From: Histomonas meleagridis 2922-C6/04-290x
Taxonomy: Eukaryota > Protista > Parabasalia
Length of the DNA stretch: 64,000 nucleotides
Direction of reading: 5' to 3'
Assembly (NCBI GenBank): GCA_020184695.1
Contig: JAANOX010000258.1
Coordinates: 434,001-498,000 of the forward strand
Positions 11,309-20,904 of the stretch are shown here, in pieces. Position numbers and translations under genes: made by a program. Position 1 is the first letter of the stretch. Every line of letters begins with the position of its first letter. Under the pieces are notes generated by a model. It saw only the letters and a program-made list of their open reading frames with translations, was not told the origin of the DNA and ran no database searches.

Positions 11309-12311
11309 ATGCGTAAAACACCAACGAAAAGAAATAATAATTCGAAAATTAAAGATTCAAATAAAACATCTACATCAAAACAAATCTTTTTAACACCAAA
11401 TATTTCTAAAACTAAAACCAAACAAAATCGAACACCAGAATTAACAAAGAAACGATTCACAGATGATGAATTTTCTGATTTAATTTTATTTGATCGCCCT
11501 AAAGAATCAAATCTTGAAGGTATGGTTAATTCTATGTATCAACTTTCACTTAACACTATTAAAAACAGAAACAGTTATAAATATTATTAAAGAATTTAAA
11601 GAATTAGCTCCACTTAAACGTTATAAATATGAATCAGTTATTGATTTATTAACATTATCTTCAAAGTGTCCACAAGATATTAAATTTTTAATATTATCAA
11701 TAGCAGCGGAAATGGTATTAAAAGGTAATCCACCAACTATTAATGATCTTGATATCTTTATAGAAGAAACAGAACGATTATTACAAAAAGGTTTTTTTGA
11801 AGAACTTGGTAAGAATAAAACACAAAAAGAATTAAAGAAAGAACTTCATCGAATGTTAGAAATATTTCAATATGCCAAACGCTTTCCAATTAAAGGTACA
11901 CCAGGAGATTTAACTACTAAAGCTATTGAAAATTATATTCAACAAGAAAAAGAAAAGAAAAAACGAACAGAAAAACAAAATCAAGTGAAAAATATGAAAG
12001 AAATTTATTCACCAAATTTAGAAATAGATAATTTTCTCGAACAAGAATTTTTAGAAAATAATGAAAAAATTGAAGGAAATATTCTTGATGAAAAACTTAT
12101 GAAATATTCAAAATCCAAACAAGAAGAAATTCGAAAAATTATTGGACTTTTTGATGAATGGGAAAAAGCATATGATGCAACGATTTATATTTATAACAAG
12201 ATGAAAAAAGATAAAGATTTCGATCTTGATTTGATTCTTTCAATCATTCCGAATACATTAGGTGATTTTCTTGTTTATGGTCTTCAAACATTTAAAGAAG
12301 AAGGATTATAA
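11309..12311 (+). CDS. Hypothetical protein (one frameshift near 11570)
   Basis: Overlapping ORFs 11309-11590 and 11490-12311 with charged helical composition; no family recognised. Confidence 0.55.
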
Positions 12312-12551
12312 ATTGAAACAAATAAGAAAATTCACAATGTTTTTTGTTTTTGTTATTATTTAAATATTAAATTATTAAAAATGGAAAAAAATATAATTTT
12401 TTTTTTCAAATATTTATAATCAACACATTTAATATCTTCTTTTTTTAATTATTAAATATTTTTATTTCTAATAATGAATTTTGTGTTTTTTAGTAATTAT
12501 CTGAAATTCCATGAATTTTAATCGAAATATGTTTTCATAAGCGAATATAAA

Positions 12552-12776
12552 ATGTTATCATCTTTTGAAATGATATTTAATCACAGTTTAAATCTAAAAT
12601 TTATGCAAATAAGAAGAGTTTTAAGATATATTCTCAAGAATAAAGAATATTTTCAATTTAAGAAATGTAAAATATATCAAAGAGAAAAAATAATATTTGT
12701 CTTTTTGTTATTATTTAACATTTCTTTATGTAATCATTTTAAAGTTACTATACAATCAAAGATTGGTAGATATTAA
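12552..12776 (+). pseudogene. Truncated 5' fragment of the BspA-like gene captured at the end of arm B
   Basis: First ~65 codons are identical to the N-terminus of ORF 20905-22746, then the sequence diverges and stops. Confidence 0.85.
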
Positions 12777-12847
12777 GCAAGATAGGTTTAATTAATACTT
12801 TTGTTTAGTGCCACTCTGTTCTAGAAGTATGTCGTTACTATCTTTAT

Positions 12848-14020
12848 TTAATAATATGTCTTTTCATTAAAGAAATTATCAAAGTTTTGAGGTGTTTCAA
12901 ATACACGAGAAATGCTAGGACTTGAAGATTGCTCACTTAACTTTTTGGAATTTGAAATTAATAAAAAGGTAATGAAACCTATTATTATCGCTACTGCTAG
13001 CAAAGAGATTAAAACAGCTATTTCTAACATAATAAATCTGATATTTTTATCATTTTCTCTAAAATCTGTTGTATTTGTTTCTGTTATGTTTTTTAAACTT
13101 TGTTCTGTAGAATGTTCTTCTGACTTTTCTTCTGTTTTATGTTCTTCTGATTTTATTTCTGTAGAATGTTCTTCTGACTTTTCTTCTGTTTTATGTTCTT
13201 CTGATTTTATTTCTGTAGAATGTTCTTCTGACTTTTCTTCTGTTTTATGTTCTTCTGATTTTATTTCTGTAGAATGTTCTTCTGACTTTTCTTCTGTTTT
13301 ATGTTCTTCTGATTTTATTTCTGTAGAATGTTCTTCTGACTTTTCTTCTGTTTTATGTTCTTCTGATTTTTCTTCTGTAGAATGTTCTTCTGACTTTTCT
13401 TCTGTTTTATGTTCTTCTGATTTTTCTTCTGTAGAATGTTCTTCTGACTTTTCTTCTGTTTTATGTTCTTCTGATTTTATTTCTGTAGAATGTTCTTCTG
13501 ACTTTTCTTCTGTTTTATGTTCTTCTGATTTTATTTCTGTAATATGTTCTTCTGATTTTTCTTCTGTTTTATGTTCTTCTGATTTTATTTCTGTAATATG
13601 TTCTTCTGATTTTTCTTCTGTTTTATGTTCTTCTGATTTTTCTTCTGTTTTATTTTCTTCTGATTTTTCTTCTGTTTTATTTTCTTCTGATTTTTCTTCT
13701 GTTTTATATTCTTCTGATTTTATTTCTGTAGAATGCTCTTCTGTTTTATCCTTTGTTTTATGTTCTTCTGTTTTGTTTTCTTCTGACTTTACATTTGTTT
13801 CATTATCATCTTTTTTATCTTCTAAACTATGTTCTTCTGATTTATCTTTATCTTGATTTTTTGCCTTATGATCTTCTAATTCGTACATATAATTCATAAA
13901 TTTTTCCACTTTTAGGTGTGAATTTATATTTTTATTATTTTGCTTCATTAAATAATTTGAATTTACCTCTAAAATCAACAACCAAAAAATCCAAAATTTC
14001 ATTTTTAAATAATAAAGCAT
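12848..14020 (-). CDS. Type I membrane/surface protein with E/K/S/T/H-rich tandem-repeat stalk
   Basis: Signal-like MKFWIFWLLILEVNS, (TEEKSEEHK/TEIKSEEHS)n repeats, TM segment FIMLEIAVLISLLAVAIIIGFITFLLI and a short cytoplasmic tail. Confidence 0.75.
   Translation of the reverse strand: MLYYLKMKFWIFWLLILEVNSNYLMKQNNKNINSHLKVEKFMNYMYELEDHKAKNQDKDKSEEHSLEDKKDDNETNVKSEENKTEEHKTKDKTEEHSTEIKSEEYKTEEKSEENKTEEKSEENKTEEKSEEHKTEEKSEEHITEIKSEEHKTEEKSEEHITEIKSEEHKTEEKSEEHSTEIKSEEHKTEEKSEEHSTEEKSEEHKTEEKSEEHSTEEKSEEHKTEEKSEEHSTEIKSEEHKTEEKSEEHSTEIKSEEHKTEEKSEEHSTEIKSEEHKTEEKSEEHSTEIKSEEHKTEEKSEEHSTEQSLKNITETNTTDFRENDKNIRFIMLEIAVLISLLAVAIIIGFITFLLISNSKKLSEQSSSPSISRVFETPQNFDNFFNEKTYY
13107..13790 (-). repeat. 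Coding minisatellite, 27-nt units forming 54-nt dimers
   Basis: Plus-strand unit ttctgtagaatgttcttctgacttttcttctgttttatgttcttctgattttat repeated with variants. Confidence 0.9.
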
Positions 14021-14196
14021 CAACTTTATAATAAAATTACAATGAAATCTGTAGTTTTTTTATTAAAGAAAACTCATATATATTTTAAACCATTTTATCT
14101 ATTTTTTAAATTTATTTTGAAATACTTTTTTATCAGTATTAACTCAACAATTTTTTTCTTTATTAATAAATACAAATTTGTAGAACATTGTGGTTT

Positions 14197-15567
14197 TTAG
14201 TTAACAATATCTGATATATTAATAGTGAAATTTCTATTAAAAATTTCCTTTATACACAAATCATCACTTTGATTTTCCGAACAATTTTCAGGAACAATTT
14301 CATTTGTTTCCAATACCAAAAACTTAGAATTTGTATATTTTTTCACATTCTCAATCCAATTTATGTCATTAAATCCTTTTGGAACAATATCAATAAAAGT
14401 TGAATCATCAGAAAAAATTGCATTTAAAAATATATCATTGTGAATTCCAATGATAAATTTTGCTTTTCGAACCATTAAAGACGCGTTTAATCGATTTTCA
14501 TCATTATCAATATTTATTTTCTCAATAGTACATTGATTACACTTCGAAGAAACGATTTTCAAAATATCATCAATGTTTTCAATTGTTGAATTATTATTTG
14601 TAAGAATTAAAATTTTTTCTTCTTTTCCATTTTCTGTGAAAATTGATTTAAGTGATACTAAATCATCATTAAACTCATTTACATTGAGTTGTGAGAAACA
14701 AATATTGTCATGAATTCTTTTAACTTCGATTTTATTTTGTAAGAAATATATTTCTTCAAAAATTTCATAAGGATCATAAACATAAATCGATTGAACATCT
14801 TTTGCAAGAATACTTTTGGCAGCTTTAGAATAAATCTCATAAATGGAATCCCACTTACTTTTTTCATTAATAGTTGGAAACAATACCAATGAGGGATTTT
14901 CGATAAGTTCATATTTGCTTTGGATTTCTTTCTTGTCATACAACGGACTAAGTTTTGGGGGGACCTGACATTGACCGTTTACTGCTATAAATTCATTTGA
15001 AAATGTTGCGTAATTAAAGAAAAGTTCAAAATGATTATCAGTAAAACAAGCACGTGAAAACTTACAGTAGTGAGTGTTATTGATGTAATCACAGTGTGCA
15101 AGGGAAAGACCAGGATAAAATAAGTCAATGCTAATGTTATATGAAAATTTGGTGTAAATTGGATTGTTGTAATAATACAGTTGAAATTCTATGTTGTCCC
15201 CATATATGTCTATATAAAATTTGACGTTAATGAGTTTTGGAAAAATTTTATGTTCTGTCAATTTAGCAAGATAAAGACGACTAATGCTATTGCCTCTAGC
15301 AACAAGGGAAAGAGAATTTAAGATATTTTGAGCAGAAAAATCAAAAATTGTATCAATCGTGAGATTTATATCAATAACATTCCTATGCGGATGTGAGTGT
15401 TTGATATCTTTTATAGCACTTGTTTCTGACCGATCATCTGGAAGTAGATTAAGTTTGACATAATAATTAGTTTGATAAATTTTGCCGATAATAAAAGCAA
15501 TTAACAACACAAACACAACCACCCTTGCCTTAAAAAGGGCTGAGCAGTCAATAAAAATATTGGACAT
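14197..15567 (-). CDS. Type II membrane glycosyltransferase-like protein (GT61/DUF563-like, degenerate motif)
   Basis: N-terminal anchor VVVFVLLIAFIIG; HYCKFSRACF; C-terminal RKAKFIIGIHNDIFLNAIFSDDSTFIDIVP resembles the GT61 pattern A.V.IG.HGAGLTN..F....VIE..P. Confidence 0.5.
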   Translation of the reverse strand: MSNIFIDCSALFKARVVVFVLLIAFIIGKIYQTNYYVKLNLLPDDRSETSAIKDIKHSHPHRNVIDINLTIDTIFDFSAQNILNSLSLVARGNSISRLYLAKLTEHKIFPKLINVKFYIDIYGDNIEFQLYYYNNPIYTKFSYNISIDLFYPGLSLAHCDYINNTHYCKFSRACFTDNHFELFFNYATFSNEFIAVNGQCQVPPKLSPLYDKKEIQSKYELIENPSLVLFPTINEKSKWDSIYEIYSKAAKSILAKDVQSIYVYDPYEIFEEIYFLQNKIEVKRIHDNICFSQLNVNEFNDDLVSLKSIFTENGKEEKILILTNNNSTIENIDDILKIVSSKCNQCTIEKINIDNDENRLNASLMVRKAKFIIGIHNDIFLNAIFSDDSTFIDIVPKGFNDINWIENVKKYTNSKFLVLETNEIVPENCSENQSDDLCIKEIFNRNFTINISDIVN

Positions 15568-15729
15568 TCTTGATATTTAGTTTGTGGTTTGATTATAAAA
15601 AAGTGTAAAAGCTATCGGCTCTTTTACGTAATAGAGTGTTTTCCTAAACTATATGATCAAATACAAAATTCATTTTTAAACTCCAAAAATAGCTAAGCTT
15701 AACAAATAGGAAGTGAAAGGAATAAAAAC

Positions 15730-16040
15730 TATTAATTTAAAACTAATATCTTTTTGTTCAAGAAAAAATTACAATATCATTGTAACAGTATACAGTTACA
15801 TTATAATGCAGGTACATTAAGTGCTAGACTAAAGAATTTAGATAATTTCCAAATACCATCACGAAATATAATATTATTAAAGCAAATAATAAATAACACA
15901 AACAAATATATCTTTAACATTAATGTCATTTCCTTTTTGTTCAAGAAGTAATTTAACTATTTCTGTGTGACCATTTAAAGATGCTAAAATAAGTGCTGAT
16001 TTAAATAAAATAAATAATTTACAAATATTGTTATAAAGCA
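15730..16040 (-). pseudogene. Orphan ankyrin remnant: one intact module, an 82-nt spacer and a decayed module
   Basis: SALILASLNGHTEIVKLLLEQKGNDINVKD followed by spacer 15909-15828 and a degraded LALNVP...IFFLEQKDI module; no upstream DUF3447 body seen. Confidence 0.7.
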
Positions 16041-16628
16041 TAAAATAATTATAATAAATATTATATAAAACATAAATATTATTCGTAAACCATGTTCTCA
16101 TTAATCCTCTAATGAAATCTTCATTAATATTTGGGATGTTATGAAAAATTCTTTCGATGTTATTACTATAGTAAAATAAAAAATTTTCGTATCGATATCG
16201 ATTCAGCATATTTCTTGAAATGAGGTATAAAAAAATGTTATTTTCTTATTTATTATGATTTTTTTGAATCAGGAAAGTCGCTTTTAGCTATTTTTTCTAA
16301 AAGATAATTTGATTCGTATGGTTAATTGCAAGGAGGATGTTAATAAGTATTGCTAGTTCTGTTTCATAAGCACCACTTTTTGATTATATTTTTCAAATGT
16401 TTATTTTTAAGAATTGAAATCGGAATGATCATTCAAAAAGTGATATCGATTTCAATTTTTGTATACAAAAATTTTAAGCAAAAAACGGTTTTCTAAAACA
16501 GAAAAATATTAATTCAATATTTTATATGAGTTAATTCAACTTAGATGAAAGACGTTTTTTATTCATTGAATTTGATAGAAAATTAAAAAATCCAAAAAAT
16601 GAACAGAATTTTTGAAAACTCAACCCAA

Positions 16629-16636
16629 AACGGTTT
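16629..16636 (+). promoter_or_regulatory. M3-like motif upstream of the Vps8-like gene
   Basis: AACGGTTT 27 nt before ATG 16664, followed by a pyrimidine-rich Inr-like CACTTTTTCA. Confidence 0.4.
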
Positions 16637-16663
16637 TTGAGCGCGACACTTTTTCAACACAAA

Positions 16664-19600
16664 ATGAACTTTGATATCCCTATCACGATTTCACCAGAAA
16701 CGGAATTCAAGATTGAACCTCCTCTCTTATCAATAGAAGGGGTATCATATAATCCATATATAACTTGTATTTATGGAAATAATTCTCTTTTTTCTCCTGA
16801 TGCACCAAAACCAACAGAGACAGATGAGAAACCGGAAAATTCCCCATCATTCCCTCCTTTAAAAGAGTATAGTCCAATGCCTTATGTATTGGTATTTGGT
16901 AAAACACTCAATTTTACACAAATTGGCGAACCCAGAAAAGCAACTGAACCAATTACATGCGCTAGTGCTGCATTTACCTGTTTTAATGTTGTTGCAGGTC
17001 ATAAAAGCGGAAATATTTCAATTTTTGATGCAGGTCTCAATTCTCTTATTGCCAAAGTTGAACGTGCTAAACCCGGAATTTCAGGTATTTCTTATATCTC
17101 TTATGCCGCTGATGATGATTCCATTGTTGCAGTTGATCAAGAGAAGCGTATTTTACATTTCACCAGATTAGATTCCATATTGTCACCAAAGGAACAAGTT
17201 CTTTATCAGCATGATTCCAGTATAAAGAAAGTCTACATGCCCATGACCCTTTCTCCAATTTTCATTTTCTCTACTCGGAAAACAGTATTCTTATATAACA
17301 ACTCCGAAATCGATGATAATCTTGTTGAAATCATTAATTCGCCCGACTTGAAAATTAACTTCATTGCTAAGAACAAAGCTGATGGCACCATTGTTCTTGT
17401 AATTTGGTATGGCAATGAAATAAACATTTTCCATGTGCAACAATGCTCAGGTAGTCTCACTCCTCTTTACCATAAAAAGTTTGATATCAAAATACGTAAC
17501 ATATCCATTATTAAGAATTTTGATATTAACATTTTGTTTATTGATGGATCACTTGAAGATATTACAAACTATGAAAAGAAGAATGCTTTACGTGAACAAT
17601 ATGAAACAAATGAAATTAAACGAAGTCTCAAAAGAATTTCCGGAATAGTTGTAAATGGAGAATTATCATATTTCTTCAATGTTAATAAAATGTTTAGGAT
17701 GCAATATATCCCATGGAATGAAAGACTTGTTGGAATATCAAGAAAAGGTGATTTCACAACATGTTTTAAGATAGCAAATCAAATTTATTCAGGTAATACA
17801 GAACATTTCTTTGGAGTAAATCCAGATCCATCAATTCGATGTAATGAATTACAAAAAGTTATGTATGAAATTTTTTATAATTCTTTATGTTCTCTTGATC
17901 AACCACAACAAGTTTCATTAACATTTAAGACAGCAATTGGAATTAACATGTCGAGTTTTGTCGTTAAAACAGCATATGATTATTATAAAGACGAAGGAAA
18001 TTTAGAATTTTATTTTAAGGCATTATTTGAATTTAGTGATTCTAACATATCAAAATATATACCTTTTAATATCTATGATACATTCATTAAAATGGCTAAT
18101 GAAAGAGGTTTAATTGATCAAGCAGATTTAGCTATTATTAAAACAGGAATTCCATTGAAATATGCCGACAATTTACTTGTTTTAGCAGCAAAAAATAATA
18201 TGAAAAAACTTTTAATGAAATTATGGACTGAAATATTTTGTGATTTCGTTTCACCTTGTATCTATTTTTATAAAACTGATTACTTTATAACATATGTCGA
18301 AGATTTATTTTTAAATAATAAATTTAGTAAAGCTACAAATAAACATAAAGAAATAGTAATTTTATGGTTTTGTACTTCATTTGGTGGTACATTTCCAAGA
18401 TTATTTGTCTTATTCTCTAAATCACAACAAAAAGCACCACAATTTATAGCTGAATTTATTAAATATTTCCCAGCTAAATTAATTAATGGTACTATGTTTG
18501 AAGTTGGTAATTTTTGTAATATTGTAATCCAAACAGTAATTTCATTTAATCAAGAAATTCGAAACAAATGTATCGATGAAATAGCTGATGCAATTGTAAA
18601 GAATCAAGTTAAAATTTTACCAATTTGTTTACAAACATTATTTGGTTGGGCATTTTCTACAAATGGTTCTTCAATTAGTATACGTGAAACTATTATTATT
18701 ACTTTAAATACACAATATCCCGAAATTATTAAATTCGAAAATATCATTGATTATTGTGAAGCAGCAGGATTTTCAACTATAGTTAACTTTATATATGGAA
18801 AAGTAAAAGATTACAAACGTATTATTCATGCAATGGCTCTCTCAGAAGAACGTAGAGAAATTGTTTTCGATTATATCCAAAATCCATCACAAGATCCATT
18901 TGAACTTTTAAAGATTGATGGCAAAGATGAAACAACTGGAAAAAGTATTAAAGCAGCAATTCAACAATCACTTTGTAATATTAATGTTATGATTGAACAT
19001 AGTGTAAGTTCAATGGCACCTCAAACAGGTCTTTTATCATCTGTTGGTAAAAAGTTTTCTGCTACCAAATTAATAGAAATCCATGATAAAAATCAATCAT
19101 CTGATAATGATTCAGATAAAAAAGAAGAATCAGTATCGAAGTCAGAATCTGTTTCTGAGTCAGAATCAGAATCCGAATCTTCTATAAGTGAATCAGAAAG
19201 TACATCAACAAAGAGCATTAATTCTAATGAAGAAATTATAGAAGAAGAACCTGAGCCAGAATTAGTTATAGTAGAACCTGAACCAGAACCTGAACCAGAA
19301 GAACCACCTAAATTATGTGATGAATTAATGGAAGCAGCAGTTCTTGAAAACTTCCCATTATTAATCCTTATTAATGCAGATAAAGCATCTGAGTTATTAG
19401 GGAAATATTTCCCAGATTATCATGCAACATTTTTAAAGTTAGATATCGATCCATTTATTAAATTCTTATACTTAAAAGCATTAAGTAAATCTGATTATAG
19501 AGATTTACTTTCCCATGACAATTATTATGATTTATTAACAATGACTTGTAAGTTTGCACCACAAGAAGTATTACCAATGATTAAAGCTTCACAAGATATA

Positions 19601-20605
19601 TCTGTCGAAGATGCGTTAAGAGTATGTAAACAATATCGTGTTATCGATACATGTATGCATATTCATACACTTAGAGGTGATATTCAAGCAGCAGTAAATT
19701 TAGTAGCTGAAGAAATCGAAGCTGTTTTAGTTGAAGCAATACAAAAAGGCGGAGTAATATATGCACCTTCAGTCGATTTAGTTAAAGAAGCACCTGAATT
19801 AAAGAAGGCTTATGAAACTGTATTAGTTACATTTGACTTAATGTCGAAAGCACCAAAAGTTGGACAATTACTTGATAGAATGTGGAAAGATACTTTCTTA
19901 GCTTTCCAATTACCTTTATATCTTGCGTGTAAATGCCCAATACCTGAAACTAAGAATGCAATTACATTATTCTTTGCATTCTTCGTTGTGGAAGCATTAC
20001 AAAGAACTTCTCCTGAAAATGTGTTCCATACATTGAAAAGTGATTTTTGTTCAATCGATCAAATCCAATATCGAAAAGTTTTATCAGCAGTGTTTAAATA
20101 TCTCGATTATAATCAAATGCTTTCGAATACTGTTATTGAATTATTATTAGAAGATTGTATCCAATTATATTATAAGGCAAATCTAATGAAAACTAGAGCT
20201 GCTTTCGCTTATAATCCAGTATGCGTAATGTGTAACACGCCTGTTACTGGAGCCGGCGGCGTCGGCGGATTAATATTCGAATGTGGGCATTTGTATCATA
20301 ATAATTCGAAATGTGGACAATATAGAAAGAAATGTCCATTATGTCGAAATGAAATGTCTATAACGAAACAAGGAGATGCAGCACCTATAGAAAGTGCACA
20401 TTCACAATCAATGAAGTTAAGGAAAATGTTAAGAGTCGAATTCGGATTGAAGAGACATTATGGTAAAGATCAGGACTTGTCGCAATCAGGTAACAATATA
20501 TTCTTCATGAGCGACTTCCAATTCACACCTAAGACTCAATATAAGTTGGAATTACCACCTCAAAATAAAATACCAAATGAAAAATATGTGTACTTAGAGT
20601 TATAA
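16664..20605 (+). CDS. VPS8: Vps8-like CORVET subunit (WD40 N-terminus, alpha-solenoid, C-terminal RING-type zinc finger)
   Basis: ~1310-aa intact ORF; beta-propeller-like N-terminus (VVAGHKSGNISIFD); clathrin-repeat-like DALRVCKQYRVIDTCMHIHTLRGD; CVMC...FECGHLYH...C...CPLC. Confidence 0.65.
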   Translation: MNFDIPITISPETEFKIEPPLLSIEGVSYNPYITCIYGNNSLFSPDAPKPTETDEKPENSPSFPPLKEYSPMPYVLVFGKTLNFTQIGEPRKATEPITCASAAFTCFNVVAGHKSGNISIFDAGLNSLIAKVERAKPGISGISYISYAADDDSIVAVDQEKRILHFTRLDSILSPKEQVLYQHDSSIKKVYMPMTLSPIFIFSTRKTVFLYNNSEIDDNLVEIINSPDLKINFIAKNKADGTIVLVIWYGNEINIFHVQQCSGSLTPLYHKKFDIKIRNISIIKNFDINILFIDGSLEDITNYEKKNALREQYETNEIKRSLKRISGIVVNGELSYFFNVNKMFRMQYIPWNERLVGISRKGDFTTCFKIANQIYSGNTEHFFGVNPDPSIRCNELQKVMYEIFYNSLCSLDQPQQVSLTFKTAIGINMSSFVVKTAYDYYKDEGNLEFYFKALFEFSDSNISKYIPFNIYDTFIKMANERGLIDQADLAIIKTGIPLKYADNLLVLAAKNNMKKLLMKLWTEIFCDFVSPCIYFYKTDYFITYVEDLFLNNKFSKATNKHKEIVILWFCTSFGGTFPRLFVLFSKSQQKAPQFIAEFIKYFPAKLINGTMFEVGNFCNIVIQTVISFNQEIRNKCIDEIADAIVKNQVKILPICLQTLFGWAFSTNGSSISIRETIIITLNTQYPEIIKFENIIDYCEAAGFSTIVNFIYGKVKDYKRIIHAMALSEERREIVFDYIQNPSQDPFELLKIDGKDETTGKSIKAAIQQSLCNINVMIEHSVSSMAPQTGLLSSVGKKFSATKLIEIHDKNQSSDNDSDKKEESVSKSESVSESESESESSISESESTSTKSINSNEEIIEEEPEPELVIVEPEPEPEPEEPPKLCDELMEAAVLENFPLLILINADKASELLGKYFPDYHATFLKLDIDPFIKFLYLKALSKSDYRDLLSHDNYYDLLTMTCKFAPQEVLPMIKASQDISVEDALRVCKQYRVIDTCMHIHTLRGDIQAAVNLVAEEIEAVLVEAIQKGGVIYAPSVDLVKEAPELKKAYETVLVTFDLMSKAPKVGQLLDRMWKDTFLAFQLPLYLACKCPIPETKNAITLFFAFFVVEALQRTSPENVFHTLKSDFCSIDQIQYRKVLSAVFKYLDYNQMLSNTVIELLLEDCIQLYYKANLMKTRAAFAYNPVCVMCNTPVTGAGGVGGLIFECGHLYHNNSKCGQYRKKCPLCRNEMSITKQGDAAPIESAHSQSMKLRKMLRVEFGLKRHYGKDQDLSQSGNNIFFMSDFQFTPKTQYKLELPPQNKIPNEKYVYLEL

Positions 20606-20904
20606 GCATTTTCATAAGTAAAAAAGCATTGCAAATTTGATTTTGTTTTATATTATGTTATTTAAGAAATTATAATAATAATACGAAAACTCCAAATGAT
20701 TATAATGTTGAATCCTATTTGAAGATATCATAATATACTCATTTTTATGAAGTAAAAAAAGAGACAGTTTTTGCAAAATATTTCTATTCTTTTATTAAAA
20801 ATATTTTTAATCTTATACAGTTGTTTATAAATTAGAATTGTCAATATTTAATTTCAGTTAATTATTCACAAGATTTAAAAATAAATTGAATATTTCCTTT
20901 ACTT

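Larger units (their letters stand above)
9700..12762 (+). repeat. Inverted duplication arm B (partner ~22534-25260)
   Basis: NT-C2-like gene, hypothetical gene and BspA 5' end are mirrored; several translated ORFs are identical in the ORF track. Confidence 0.92.

Noticed and set aside
12912-13856. 314-aa plus-strand ORF (CSSDFSSVL repeats)
   Set aside because: Antisense shadow of the coding minisatellite; the minus strand has the signal peptide and TM architecture.
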